A DNA stretch of 64,000 nt, from NCBI RefSeq assembly GCF_009914755.1, contig NC_060929.1, one strand, 5' to 3'. The DNA is from the human T2T-CHM13v2.0 reference genome, Homo sapiens. Position 1 is the stretch's first letter, and each line of letters begins with the position of its first letter. The translations under genes were made by a program, and so were the position numbers. Below are positions 14,850-30,126 of the stretch, in pieces. The notes below the pieces were generated by a model, which had not been told where the DNA came from, searched no databases, and worked only from the letters and a program-made list of their open reading frames with translations.

Positions 14850-15310
14850 CAAATTGTTTCTGAAAATTTATGTTGGTTTATAAGGTAATAACATAAAATA
14901 AGATGCTCTAAAACTGTGATGTGTGGAGAACACTCCAAATCCACTTCTCTAGTTATTTTGAAATATATAATTAAATTAATGTTGACTAAAGTTGACCTAT
15001 TATACTACCAAGCAATAGACCTTATAACTTCCAACTGTGTATTTGTACCCACTAACCAACCCCTTTCTTACCTACGTTTTCCAGACTCTAGTATCTATCA
15101 TTCTACTCTCTACCTCCATGAGATCAATTTTTTTAGCATCCACATGAGTGAGAAGATGTGATATTTGTCTTTTTGTGCCTGGCTTACTTCACTTAACATA
15201 GTGTCCTCCACTTCCATCCATGTTGTTGCAAATGACAGAAGTACCTTATTTTTAATGGCTGAATAATATTCTGTCATAGATATATACATATTTTTATTTT
15301 TTATGTTCAT
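14850..15310 (-). mobile_element. L1MA-type 3' end
   Basis: ctctacctccatgagatcaatttttttagcatccacatgagtgagaagatgtgatatttgtctttttgtgcctggcttacttcacttaacata; the minus-strand ORF 15110-15310 translates as the ORF2 C-terminus (EYYSAIK...FATTWME...LSEVSQAQKDKYHIFSL). Confidence 0.9.
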
Positions 15311-15950
15311 TTTTATTAATATTAATAAAAATTTGCTTTAGAATTTACAAATATTGTTCTTAACCTCTGGAAAAATTCATGCTTTTTTTAAAGTTTCAAG
15401 ATAGCATGGAGAAATAAAGATATCAGATAATAAATCCAAATAGTATACAATATTAATAACAGGAAATAAAACTTTGAAATATCACTGAATTTATGTTGTT
15501 TATGGTCTGAGTAAAGGCATCTACAGAACTTATTTGTGGGCATATAGTAGTTTCTGTTAATAAGATTATAACCAAGAATAAAATTCTCCAAAAAAACAGG
15601 GGAGAGACAAGTACTTTATTTGTACTGAGTTATTTGGGTTATATTTCAATGACATTTATAAAATACATACATGGAAAAAGTCACTTTTTAATGGCATCAG
15701 CATTCTGTATGTTGGATTAATATTTTATCATTACAAAGGAGAACCCATGAGTAAATCCTTCCAATCTGAAAGTTTCTACCTAGAGCTAAATTTGATCAAG
15801 GAACCTATCTAATAGAGATAACTTTGCATTCAATCAATTTATTCTATTAGTCAAATCTGTACATACACACTCATACATGGATGTACACCCAAACATATAC
15901 ACACACTTTTTAGAAATACTTGAAACAGGCCCAGAAGGCAATAATGATAG

Positions 15951-16576
15951 TGATATAGCTTCGATGAGTGGAGGAACACCAGGGTTCTTTGTCTCCAGTC
16001 AAATTGCATAAAACAACATGGACACATGTGGAGTGGTCTTAAGGAGCAGAGAGTTTAATAGGCAAGGAAGAAGGAAGAAGCTCCCCAAAACAGAGACATA
16101 GGGAGAGGGACTCTGAAGCCAAGAGAGGAAAACCCCGAGTGCCGCGGAAACCAGCCAGTTATACTAGGAGGCTGGAGGAGGTGGTGTCTGGTTTGCACAG
16201 GGCTCAGGGGATTAGTTTGACCAGGCATGTTATTCCCGGGGAGCCCGTGAAAAACTGGCCCTCCCACACTAGCCTTTTAATATGCAAATGCAGGACGCCA
16301 TGATGTTCTACACAAGTGGAGATATGTGGGGGCGGCCATGTTGCCAGGAATCTGTGAGGGCAAGGGCAAGAAGAGGGCGGGAATCGCCATGTTTGGGTGG
16401 ACCCAGTTTTTAATGGCCTGCATTTGCATATCAAAGGTTGCCTGCCTGGCTCTAAGAGCTGGGGGTTTCCTGCTAGACAAGAAACATTTCTGGAGCTGCT
16501 TTAAAAGAGACAAAAATCTTTCCAAGGACCCCTTTTCCTCTCTGCCTAAAATAATTTCTTAATAACTCCTAAAACA
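15951..16576 (-). mobile_element. ERV1 solo LTR, LTR9 family
   Basis: TG...CA termini; 4-bp TSD atag (15947-15950 / 16577-16580); minus strand begins tgttttaggagttattaagaaattattttaggcag as in LTR9. Confidence 0.88.
16282..16437. promoter_or_regulatory. Two octamer (POU) motifs, one in a SOX/TCF-OCT-like composite, inside the LTR9
   Basis: ATGCAAAT at 16282-16289 (+) and CCTTTGATATGCAAAT on the minus strand at 16422-16437. Motifs only; activity unknown. Confidence 0.5.
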
Positions 16577-19174
16577 ATAGGACAAATATGACTCAATTCT
16601 TGAAAAACATGGTGGCATCATTCTAATAAGCCTCAAGCCAGTCCCTAGCTCCTTTCCTTTGCTCAGACTATCACCCAGCATGTCTATAATGCCCAGTTGC
16701 TCCTTTTCCCTTTTCCCGTGGTCAACCTTTAGGATCTGCTTAAAGTCACTTCCATATTATGTCTGTTACTCTGAAACAACACATCCATCCTAACTAGTAC
16801 GTATTAATTATACAAATAATTTTTACAATTGCTAGCATAAAATCTTCATCATATGTCAGAATATTGGAGAAAAATAAGAAAAATTACCCCTTGAAATAAA
16901 ACAGAAAAAGACTTATGCTAGTTTTTTTTTAATCTTAGGAGAATTATCACTCTTTATTAAAATTAAATATTTTTTATATTTAAATTAAATTAATTATATG
17001 TTCTATTAACATGTCCTCTCATATTTGCAAACTGATAAGCTCATTGAACCATGTCTGTATTGAACATATATATACTAAATAAATAATTTCCTAATAATGT
17101 ATTTATGTCATAAATTGAAATTGTTTATAGTAATGTAAGGTAAACAACAACAACATATAAGTAAACAGAAATGCTTTCTGCTGTGAATTTATAACAAGTT
17201 TATTTATCATTGTACTTCATGCTAGCAGATCAATATATATACTTGTTTCCATAAAATGTACCCACTTGCATAACATGCATTTAGGAAAATGAGAATTTAT
17301 TATTAATAATTATGAATAGTTTTTAAGTTGCACATAAATATAATACAAATAAAAATATACACATCCAGTAAAACTGGCTCATAATTGCATGATTAATACT
17401 AAGTCAATTCAGGGTAAAATGGGTTTCAATCACTGCCTCATAGCATCGTCTTTCCCAGCTTGGGTATTCTGGCTGCTCATGTCTCCCTTAATGTACTCAG
17501 TATGTTCTTTGCCTTTAAATGGGACATGGGAACAAATGGCTCATTTGTCTGTCCCTAGTGTAATACTTAAAGGCAATTTTTTAAAAAAAGAATCTTCAAA
17601 ATTTCCCAGTGTTGAAGTGTTCTGTAAGAAATCTGACAAATGTAGCTGTGAGGTAAGATGCTCTGGATAGGAATTAAGATCAAAGTCACCTACAAAGATG
17701 TAAGGTTCAGAGTATGTGAAGAGCTAAGGATTTCTTGACATTCTGCTGCATTTTTATCTGTTTAACGATCTTGACATAGTCATAAATCTATCATTACCAT
17801 CCCTTGACCTGTCCTAAAAATGAAATATTGCTTTTTATGATGTAAAACGTCAATGTCACTTTTGAATGCCTAAACGGAGCAGAAAAGGAGTCATATGGAA
17901 CAACCTCTACACAAATTGAAATTCTAGGGTAAATTTTGAAGTATTTCTTTTTTATCTGTTTCATTTTATGTGTCATTTGTGTGTATATAGTAACCTGCAA
18001 CAAATTATACCAATATGTCACATGTTGAGATAATATAGCAGATGGATAAAAACAATACTGATAAATGTCTATCCTAAACAATTAACATTTACATGATCCT
18101 TAAGCTTGACATTTTCAAGTATATTAATATATCTGATCTTAAATTTATAATACTAATGTCAGAAATATCTGTTTTTATTTATCAAAACCCCTATTGCTGG
18201 CTACAATAGACTATCTTCTAGCTAATAGGTTTCTCCACAGAAGTTTTATATTCACTGATTATTTCTTTTAAAAAAGCTATTATGCTGTCATAACATTTTT
18301 TCATAGTATTGCTTCTACACTGACAGAGAGGTCAAAAGCAACCTACAATGAAATGCTTTATGTATGAAAATTGTGCTTAAGGACAAACAACACGGATAAT
18401 TTGACAGGTTTTTATGCAAATATATTTATAGTACAGTATTAATCCAATAACATAATGAAGAATTATTTGTCTTAGGCATTAAAGTGACTATTTTATCAAT
18501 AAATTCAATTGTGCATTTTATTTATGAATGTGCAAAATTTGGCCTGCTTTTGTACAGCAAGGTCACCAATTATCATTTTTGATGTGTGTGTGTGTGCGTG
18601 TGTGTGAATGTGCACATATACTTGTATGAGTGTGTGTATTGTCTTTTCCTATGCATTTCTAAAGATCTAGTGGTTCAAGAATAAGAAAATTAATACCATA
18701 TAATCAGTAATACATAACAATATTAACTATCAACTTTTATAGTCATATGAATGAACATAACTATATCTGTATATATAATGATCAAGAATGATATCATGCT
18801 TTAGATGGCTGTAACACTTATTTTGCTGTTGACACTCATCTGAGCCATAAATGGGTTCATTTCAGCAAGTCCTTTCCCTCATTCTTCTTCACACAATCCA
18901 TATTGCCAAACTAATGCCATCTGATATCATGTGATAATATAGCAATGTTAGTGAGAAATAAGATATCCATCTTTGCAGCAATTAAAAATGCAGTAAAAAA
19001 ATTACCCTTAGAATAATATAATAGAAAATATTGTAAATTTTAAGTAAATTTTAACTTTTATAAAATTATTTTTTCTACTATCAAGATAATTATCAATGTA
19101 ATTCTTTTCATTTTGATAGTTAAAACTGAATTTCTCTGAAATCAAAAGCAGTTTGTCTGTCACATCTAAAACTA

Positions 19175-19248
19175 TGAGAATGGTGCCTGACACTGTTTTA
19201 ACAAGCCCTCTGGGGATTCAGATTAACGGCAAAGGTAGAAAACCGCTT
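19175..19248 (+). mobile_element. MER5-type (hAT-Charlie) fragment
   Basis: tgttttaacaagccctctggggattcagat...aaaggtagaaaaccgct. Confidence 0.55.
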
Positions 19249-19269
19249 CTTTATAATATTATCTTTTCT

Positions 19270-19637
19270 ATTGGAAATTGACAAAACATAGTTGTATATA
19301 TTTATGGGGAATAAAGTGAGTTTATGATTTCTGAATACACTGTGGAATAATCAAATCAAGCTAATTAACATATCAATTACCACAATTAGTTATCTTCTTT
19401 TGTGTTGAGAATATATGAAACTTACTCTTAGAAATATACAACAGACTATTATTAACTATATTCACCACACTATGCAAAGAATTCAAAAAAATACTATTTT
19501 TGTCTGACTGAGGCTGTGTACCCTTTGACCATTATCTCCCCATTCCTCCCAACTTTCTAGCCTCTAGGAACCACCATTCTACTCTGTTGCTATGTAAGTC
19601 AGAACATGTGGCATTTGTTTATTTTTGTGCCTGGCTT
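19270..19637 (-). mobile_element. L1MA-type 3' end (3' segment of a 5'-inverted element)
   Basis: aaatcaagctaattaacatatc...tgtaccctttgacc...accaccattctactct...ttgtgcctggctt. Confidence 0.85.
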
Positions 19638-22044
<2,407 letters not shown>

Positions 22045-22111
22045 AAAAATTGAGTCATTTGCACAACATGGAAAGAATATGACATTTTCTTGATTTAGGC
22101 TCTCTACAAAG

Positions 22112-22265
22112 GAGCTATCAAAGTGTGGGCCATGAACTGTCAGGATCAGCATCAACCCGAGCTTGTTAAAATTACATTTTCTCAGACCACCCTTCAGACC
22201 TACTGAATCTGAATCTCTGGGAGTGCGGCTTAGGGATCTCTAAAAATTTCCCCAGCTGATCCTTG
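22112..22265 (+). mobile_element. MER5A (hAT-Charlie)
   Basis: tcaaagtgtggg...atcagcatcaacccgagcttgttaaaa...cagacctactgaatctgaatctctgggagtg. Confidence 0.8.
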
Positions 22266-22274
22266 TTCTCTTAA

Positions 22275-22640
22275 GGCAGACCCTGGGATATGGGTCAAGG
22301 TGCAAGTGACTTTTTGTGGACGTTTTGCTAGGAAAAATCAAGAAGGGAATGGAAAGACAGAATAGGGAAGTGGAACACTCAAGGCAAGAGCACAGTTTCA
22401 GGTAAAATCTTAGCCTCAGCCTTATCCTGGAGTTCGAAATATGCTTTACTGTTAGGCTGTCTAGGCTTTCTTACAAGGTAACACTCTGCACTCCTGCCTG
22501 GGCGCTCTCTGCTCTCTATGAGTTCTTGGTGAAACAGCTACAGAATCCCAGGAGCAGCCTTCTGAAGAAGGATGTGGGATGAAGCTGCTGGAAATAACAT
22601 GCTCAGAGCTTCAGGTATGAGTGTGCAGGTCTGAGTGTAC
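22275..22640 (-). mobile_element. ERVL LTR16-like fragment
   Basis: ggcagaccctgggatatgggtcaaggtgcaagtgactttttgtgg resembles the reverse-complement LTR16 3' end. Confidence 0.5.
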
Positions 22641-23244
22641 CAAGGGGTACCATGGTGGAGAAAAAGGTGCACTAAGCTTGGAACGGTAGAAATCCTCAGT
22701 GTGCTTATTGTTTGCCTTTTAATATTGAATAAAGTGTGCATTTGTTTGTCTGAGTCTGAGCTCCAGTTTTATACCTCTAACATTGGAATAAAAATATACA
22801 ATAGTTTTAAAATCGTAAATAAGATGTTATATAGGAAAGCACTACACAGATATATTCATGCATTGCAGGTGTGAATAAATAGATGAACTGGAAGACAAAA
22901 TAATTAAGTTTCCTTTGGAAGTCACTAAATGATTTGTGTCTATTAACTCATTATAACTTAAAAGCAACCCTTTGAAGTAAGTTGGAAATACTTTTTCAAA
23001 TACAAAAGAGCTTGGATTAGTCCATTTGTAATTAAAAATAAACCTTAACGATTCATAGTGTAAACCTCCATATAGTTATTTGTATCAATAACATATTTAA
23101 ATTTTTGTTCTATGGTTAAGTAGTCATTTTGTGAACGTGATTAAATGTAGTCATAGAGGTTTTATTTGTATATGTATTTGTATAAATGTATATATACATA
23201 TATATATATTCAAGTCAATATTGGCATTTTTGAGGAAACCACTA

Positions 23245-23743
<499 letters not shown>

Positions 23744-25319
23744 TCAAAATTTCTACTATGTGCCTACAATTCTGTAGCTTTTATACCAATATTAAATGTT
23801 GTTTTATCTGATTCATGAATTATAAAATACATTGTGTTTTTAGATTTGCTAGAAATAACCTTTTACAAATAATACTGGAAACATGTCAGTTTTGAAGTTG
23901 TTCAATAGTTTTAAATATGTTATATTATGAAAGATGTCTTTTAAAACAATGCAAAACAAAATAAAACAAAAATCTCAAAGGAAAAACTTGTCACATTCTC
24001 GTTCTCCTCTTCCACAAAATGTCAATCTAATATAGTCTATTTAATCAACATTAACATCCTACTGGGCTCAATGCAACACAGTCAGTAAAATAACGCATAG
24101 GATATATGCAGAAATGAATAAGCATTACCTTATGGTTTTAAATTTGTTTTGCAATGTAAATAATAATGTGTCATTTTATATCCTATAGTGATAGGATTGA
24201 ATAATTAAAACCAGTATGGTTTTTTATTTATTTAGTCTGAAATATTTTATATATTTAGTCAATTCTAAGTGTAATCAGCTGGTAGCACTGTAGAACTAAA
24301 TTCTAGAAATAGTAGCTAATGGTGGTTTTGAGTCCCACATTCACATATGTATACAGGCATTTGTGGCGTCATTATCCATATTATGCTCCTAAGTACCATT
24401 ATGAGCACCATTTCAGGAGCTGTGTACACAGTCACGTGGTCACTTTTGAAAGCTGGTCTCCTTTGGTACTCTAATGAGCAGCCTAACTCAGAGCAATGCT
24501 TTGAAGACTAAGGATGGAGTGGTGCATGCTGACTCTAACCATACATTATTTTGCATTTTTTATCATAGCGCATAAAGTCAGCATGCTTAAAGGAACAAGA
24601 TCTAAACCTATCCCTTTAGAAATATAGGACTATGAGCATGTATGAAGCTTTTATTATTCTTTGGTACATGTATTTGTTATTCCTCAGTAAGAATGGTAAA
24701 ATAAGTTCAGGTCTTTAAAGTTAGGACAACATAAATTTCATTTCAAAAGAATTCTAGTATAGAATGAGTGGCTAAAGAATGGTCTTCTTTCCTTCACTCA
24801 TGATTATTTTCACATTAAAATATATTTTTATGTGTAGTATTAATTTTATAAAGAATGTACATGTTTTTAAATTTTACGAAAGTATTTAAACCATCAAAAT
24901 CAAAAATCTCTTTATCTAATACTGTATCTTCTAAGTTAAATTATATTTTGGGGAATGTTATTATTATGAATCAACTATTATTTAAGAAAATCAACCTTTT
25001 AAACTTTGGCCTTTATCTTAATTAATAGATGGGCTTTCCCTAATAAACTTTTATCTGAGGGAACATTTTATCAAAATTCTCCTTTAATTTGAGCTGTGTT
25101 ACACATGGAGTATGCTGTTTTCTTCATTTTTCTGTCCAGCTACTTTAGCAGTTTGTACCTTTATTATTATATCTCTATTATGGTTAAAAAGTCATGTTTT
25201 TCTTCACTAACTTCTGATATATTTATCATCTTAAAAATAAAGAGATATGATCCCTGACCTTAGAAATGTTCTTTTCAAGGCACGAGAGACACATGTGGCT
25301 TAAATTTACTCTGCGCTAG

Positions 25320-25470
25320 GGCCAGGTGCGGTGGCTCACGCCTGTAATCCCAGCACTTTGAGAGGCCGAGGAGGGCAGATCACGAGGTCAGGAGATCGAG
25401 ACCATCCTGGCTAACATGGTGAAACCCCGTCTCTATTAAAAATACAAAAATTAGCAGGGCATGATGGCAC
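25320..25470 (+). mobile_element. 3'-truncated AluY/Sc (left arm plus start of right arm)
   Basis: Alu sequence stops abruptly at ggcatgatggcac with no poly-A or TSD; it joins the 183-bp duplicated segment. Confidence 0.93.
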
Positions 25471-25649
25471 TTACCAATCCAAGTAATGAATGGGCTTAAT
25501 TTATTGTTTGCTTGTTAAAAATTATTTTACTGCATGTCATTTGCCCTTACAAACACAAACACATACACAAAAACACACATACATGTACACATCAGTCTTC
25601 CAGATTTAATCTTTCTCCAGTTGGAAATGAGAAATTGTTGTAGGATTCT
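25467..25649 (+). repeat. 183-bp direct duplication, derived copy
   Basis: Identical to 29633-29815 except two substitutions (aagTaatg/aagAaatg; ccctTac/ccctGac). Confidence 0.97.
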
Positions 25650-25900
25650 TTTATTTCCTATCTTTTATCTCTGTAAATGTTTACAAATGGTTGAATGATT
25701 TTGAAAAAAAGTTAAATATATTTATTCCATTTTAATATCACAGTCTCAAATTTCAAGTTTTTTTTCTACACTACCTAGAAATAGTATTGACTTTCACTAG
25801 TAAGCTTAAATATTCTTGTAGATAGCAATTACATAGCTATCTTTCTTCACACTTACTATATCTTTTGGCTTTTCTCCCCACACATAAAATTGATATGGGA

Positions 25901-25958
25901 AGAAAGGAAGGAAGAAAGAAAAAGGAAGGAAGGGAGGGAGGAAGAGAGGGAGGGAAAA
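25901..25958. repeat. GA-rich (GGAA/GGGA) simple repeat
   Basis: agaaaggaaggaagaaagaaaaaggaaggaagggagggagg. Confidence 0.85.
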
Positions 25959-26024
25959 GTCGATCAAACCTGTCTGATCCCTCTACCCGTAAGCCTCTCT
26001 GAAGTTGCATTTGTATTCTCCTTT

Positions 26025-26328
26025 CTTTTTTTTTTTTTTTTTTTTGAGATGGGGTTTCTCTTGTTGCCCATCCTGGAGTTCAATGGTGCGATCTTGGCTC
26101 ACTGCAAACTCCGCCTCCCAGATTCAAGCAATTCTCCTGCCTCAGCCTCCCAAGTAGCTAGGATTACAGGCACCTGCCACCACACTCAGCTAAATTTTTT
26201 GTATTTTTAGTAGAGATGGAGATTCGCCATGTTGGCCAGGCTGGTCTTGAATTCCTGACCTCAGGTGATCTGCCCGCCTAGGCATCCCAAAGTGCTGGGA
26301 TTACAGGTGTGAGCCACTGTGCCTGGCC
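26025..26328 (-). mobile_element. AluSq/Sp-like SINE
   Basis: Poly-T, then ggtttctcttgttgccc...caatggtgcgatc...cctgacctcaggtgatc...gagccactgtgcctggcc. Confidence 0.93.
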
Positions 26329-26339
26329 TGTCCTTTCCT

Positions 26340-27905
26340 TTTCTTACAATTAAAGAAGTGTCCTTATTCCCACAGAAAGAGAACTCCAGTTTTGTGTCCT
26401 GGATTATATACTTTTACCTTTTATAGAAACTTAGCTACTTTTATAATCCTTTTAGTCTTCTGCATCTTGAACCATCCCCTTTAGCATACAAACACACTAA
26501 AATCATTAAAATTCCACATAACTTTTCATCCACATAAAGCTACTCTTCCATTTCTCAACAAAGTGTCTTGGAAAATATCATCTATGTACTATGTCTATAC
26601 CAGCTCAACTGCATTCACTAGCTGTACCTTCAGTTTGGTCCTCAGGCATAACTCAGCCAAAATACTCTTGAGTGTCTTTTTCCCTTCCTTCATATCTGCC
26701 ACACTCCCACCAGCATGCAACACTTGATCTCTTTCTGATTGAAATACTCTCCCATTCATCTATCATGACTCAACATTCTTTATTCTTTATGCTCTTCTTC
26801 ATGGTGCTGTCCTCATTAAAGACCACAAGCCTGATAAAGCTATAGTTATCACCAGGCAAAATGCCTCCTCTATGCTCCAGGCTTATGAACAAAACTACAT
26901 GCTTTGATAAAGCTCACTGGCCAAAGACTTACACACATCTGTAATGAGAGAGTGTTATGTTCATTACCTTGTTCCATCAAGAGAAAACAAACATCATGGG
27001 AAACCATGGGACTTCTCAAAAAAAGGCAACTGATAAGGATGGGATTTGCTGGAGTTTGTCACAGGATGGTTCAAGCAGAGAATGGTCAAAATTTGTAAAC
27101 TGGAGAGTTGCTGAAATAGTTAGCAGTTTTGACTTTTAAGTCCATTAAGTGTTACACTTAGATCATTTTGTCCCAGGTCTTATTTTGCAAGCAATGGGTC
27201 TAACAAAAGAAAAATGATACCAACATGTTCGAGCTTAGTTTGTGATGCACAACATGTCCTGTCTGGAATAGTTTATCTGTCTTGTGAGTCAGAAGACATT
27301 TTGCAAGTTGTGACACCTGTTTTAATTTCAGTTTTCCATCTCATAACTCAGTTGCCAATGGGACTAATTTTCAGTTTATCACTTAAAATCTCTATGTTAC
27401 CGTCATAAAAATATTTCACATTTAAATGCTTTTCAAAAGCAAAACATGAACAAAAACATAGAATATCTCCCTACAAACTTGATATTCCCAGTCATCTTTC
27501 TCCATAAACAACACTACTATACACTGTTATTAAAGACATAACATTTTCTAGTGTTTTGATTCTTTACTTTCTTCATTGTCACAGATAATTTATCAGTGAG
27601 TATGTCATTTATAACTCCAAAATATAGCTCAAATTATCCACTTTTCAAATTCATACTGTCCCTACCTTATTCTAAGCTTCTGTTTCTCATCTTCATGCAC
27701 AGCAGAGGCTTATAAACCAGAAAATCAAACATGTCACTTTCATCCTTAGTGTAGCCAATGCTTTCCTTTTACTAAGAATAAAGCCAACATTTCTGAAGTA
27801 GACCATGAGGCTCTGATTGCCTGGGCTCTCCTACTTCTGCAATCTCCCTTCGGGCACTCAATTCACCACTGTGCTCTGGGTCTATGGTCCTCCTTCCAAT
27901 TTGAA
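26340..27905 (+). mobile_element. Fragmented L2 LINE (continues about 28630-29010)
   Basis: CT-rich L2-like blocks (aaaatcaaacatgtcactttt...aagaataaagccaac); terminal tagtatttgttatgcagtaggttttcaataagtgttagttg near 28970-29010. Confidence 0.55.
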
Positions 27906-27924
27906 AATGGCAACTCTAGATTTT

Positions 27925-28623
27925 TTTCCTTTTAGCTTTATTGAGGTATATAAAAATTGCACCCATTTAATGTGTACATTTTCATGAGTTTGTACATATA
28001 CATACACTCATAATACTATCATCACAACCAAAGTACTAATCGTACTCATCACCCCTAAACATTTCCTTGTGTTTTTTTCTTTGGTGATATTTTGTTGTTG
28101 TTATTGTTGCTGCTGTTGTTGTTGTTAAGAACACGTAATATGAGATCTATCCTCCTAACATATTTTAAAGTGTTAAACACCATATTGTTAACTGTAGATA
28201 CTAAATTGTACAGCAGATCTCTAGAACTTATTCATCTTGCATAATAGAAGCTTTACAACAATTAAAAAACTATTCCCCATGGCCCACTTTCTCCAGCCCT
28301 CGGCTACCCACCATTTTATTGTCTGGTTCTATTAGTTTGTCTATTTCAGATACCTCATCAAAGAGGAATCATGCAGCATTTGCCTTTCTGCAACTGGCTT
28401 ATTTCACTTAGCCTAACAGACTGTAGATTCATTCACATTGCTGCAAATGGCAGGATCTCCTTTTCTAAGGCAGAATAATATTCCATTGTATGTATATGCC
28501 ATATTTTGCTTATGTAGATTGGAACCCTTACACACGATTAGTGGGAACTTAGAATGGTGTGGCCATGGAAAACAGTATGGAGGTTCCTCAAAAAAACTGA
28601 AAGTAGAACTACAATATGATCCA
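27925..28623 (-). mobile_element. L1MA-type 3' end with a short inverted 5' piece (28517-28623 on +)
   Basis: ttagctttattgaggtata...cagcagatctctagaacttattcatcttgcataa...tggcttatttcacttagc, then sense-strand ggaaaacagtatggaggttcctcaaaaaaactgaaagtagaactacaatatgatcca. Confidence 0.85.
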
Positions 28624-29632
28624 AACTCTTAACTAATGACCGAATGTTTCTGTCATTCCCCAGCTTGATCTGCTCTAGAAGCTGTCTTCATACCACCACA
28701 CAAACCTAATGACTGACTACATGGTCTTTCAAGATTTATTCTCAAAAGTAACTTTCTCAGAAATATCTTTTGTAAACAATATTTTTCATTAGTCAAGTTC
28801 TACTGGTTACTCCTGAACGCTGTGCCTTAATAAGTCATTTCATAACATGTATTCACATAGTAATTACTTATTTGTTAACTTGTCTTCATGCGTGTGGGTG
28901 GGGAAGAAGGTTATATTCTCTTTAAATTTTAATGACTCTTTAATAACCACTGTGATCACAGTATTTAGTATAGTATTTGTTATGCAGTAGGTTTTCAATA
29001 AGTGTTAGTTGTGTAAATATTAATAATAGTGATAATTCTATAAGTATAAATATACCAAATTAATAATACCAGAGTAAGAAGTGAATAAACAACATAATTA
29101 GCAGGCTACTGTACGTCCCACTTCCTTAACTAATGATATTTTCATTTTAACAAATTGACTCACTTTAAATCACTAAATTTCCAAAAGACCACAATTAATT
29201 TATTCTATTTTTATCTGTTTTCCTCTTAGATTTTCTTTAAAAATAATCATTTTAGTCTTTTTACATCTATTTCTTTAGTTATTTTTATTTTCTAATATTC
29301 CACATGTAATTTACTTTATAATCAAATTTATAAACGTTTGTTTGATATCTTTCTGAATTTTCAAGGGAATTTTAGAAATCCCATTGCAGTCCCTTAAAAA
29401 TTATGTTTGTTACCATTTTAATAACAATAAATCATCCTGCTCACTTTTATTATTCGCTGTTCTAAGAAGCGTTTTAAAATTGTTTCCTCTGTAAAGCATT
29501 TAAAATATTTTATGTGTACAGAAATATGTAATTAATAATAAAATCAACGTAACTACCTACACACATCTAAAAAAATAAAATATTACATTAGAGTTAAAGG
29601 CCAGTCTACACCATACCGTACTTAAAATTCTT

Positions 29633-29815
29633 GCACTTACCAATCCAAGAAATGAATGGGCTTAATTTATTGTTTGCTTGTTAAAAATTATTTTACTGCA
29701 TGTCATTTGCCCTGACAAACACAAACACATACACAAAAACACACATACATGTACACATCAGTCTTCCAGATTTAATCTTTCTCCAGTTGGAAATGAGAAA
29801 TTGTTGTAGGATTCT
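29633..29815 (+). repeat. 183-bp direct duplication, source copy
   Basis: Contiguous with its flank and runs into the intact MER61-like LTR. Confidence 0.97.
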
Positions 29816-30126
29816 CTCCTTAGTTCAGCTAAAAATGGAGTCCTTGTCACAAGGCCTTGAAAAATTAGGCTCACAGATAATTTGAAGGGTGAAGAGGACA
29901 GGTTTTACTGTGTGAAAAGGAAAAAGGAAACAGGGACCTTCTGCAAGGCCAGGGTCCTGCTAGCATGCTTCCTGCCTCACAAGTTGAATCCTAGGTTCCA
30001 CCCAGGAAGAGGAGAGGCCAGACTCCTCTCGCAAGACCTTCTGTGGCTCCACCCCAGTGCTCACTCCTCCCAGCGCATAGGCCTGTTGGAGTTTTGCCAG
30101 GAATCCCTTCCCACCTGGCCATCTCA
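29802..30126 (-). mobile_element. ERV1 solo LTR, MER61-like
   Basis: TG...CA ends; 4-bp TSD aaat (29798-29801 / 30127-30130); minus strand tgagatggccaggtgggaagggattcctggcaaaactccaac...tttagctgaactaaggagagaatcctacaaca. Confidence 0.82.
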
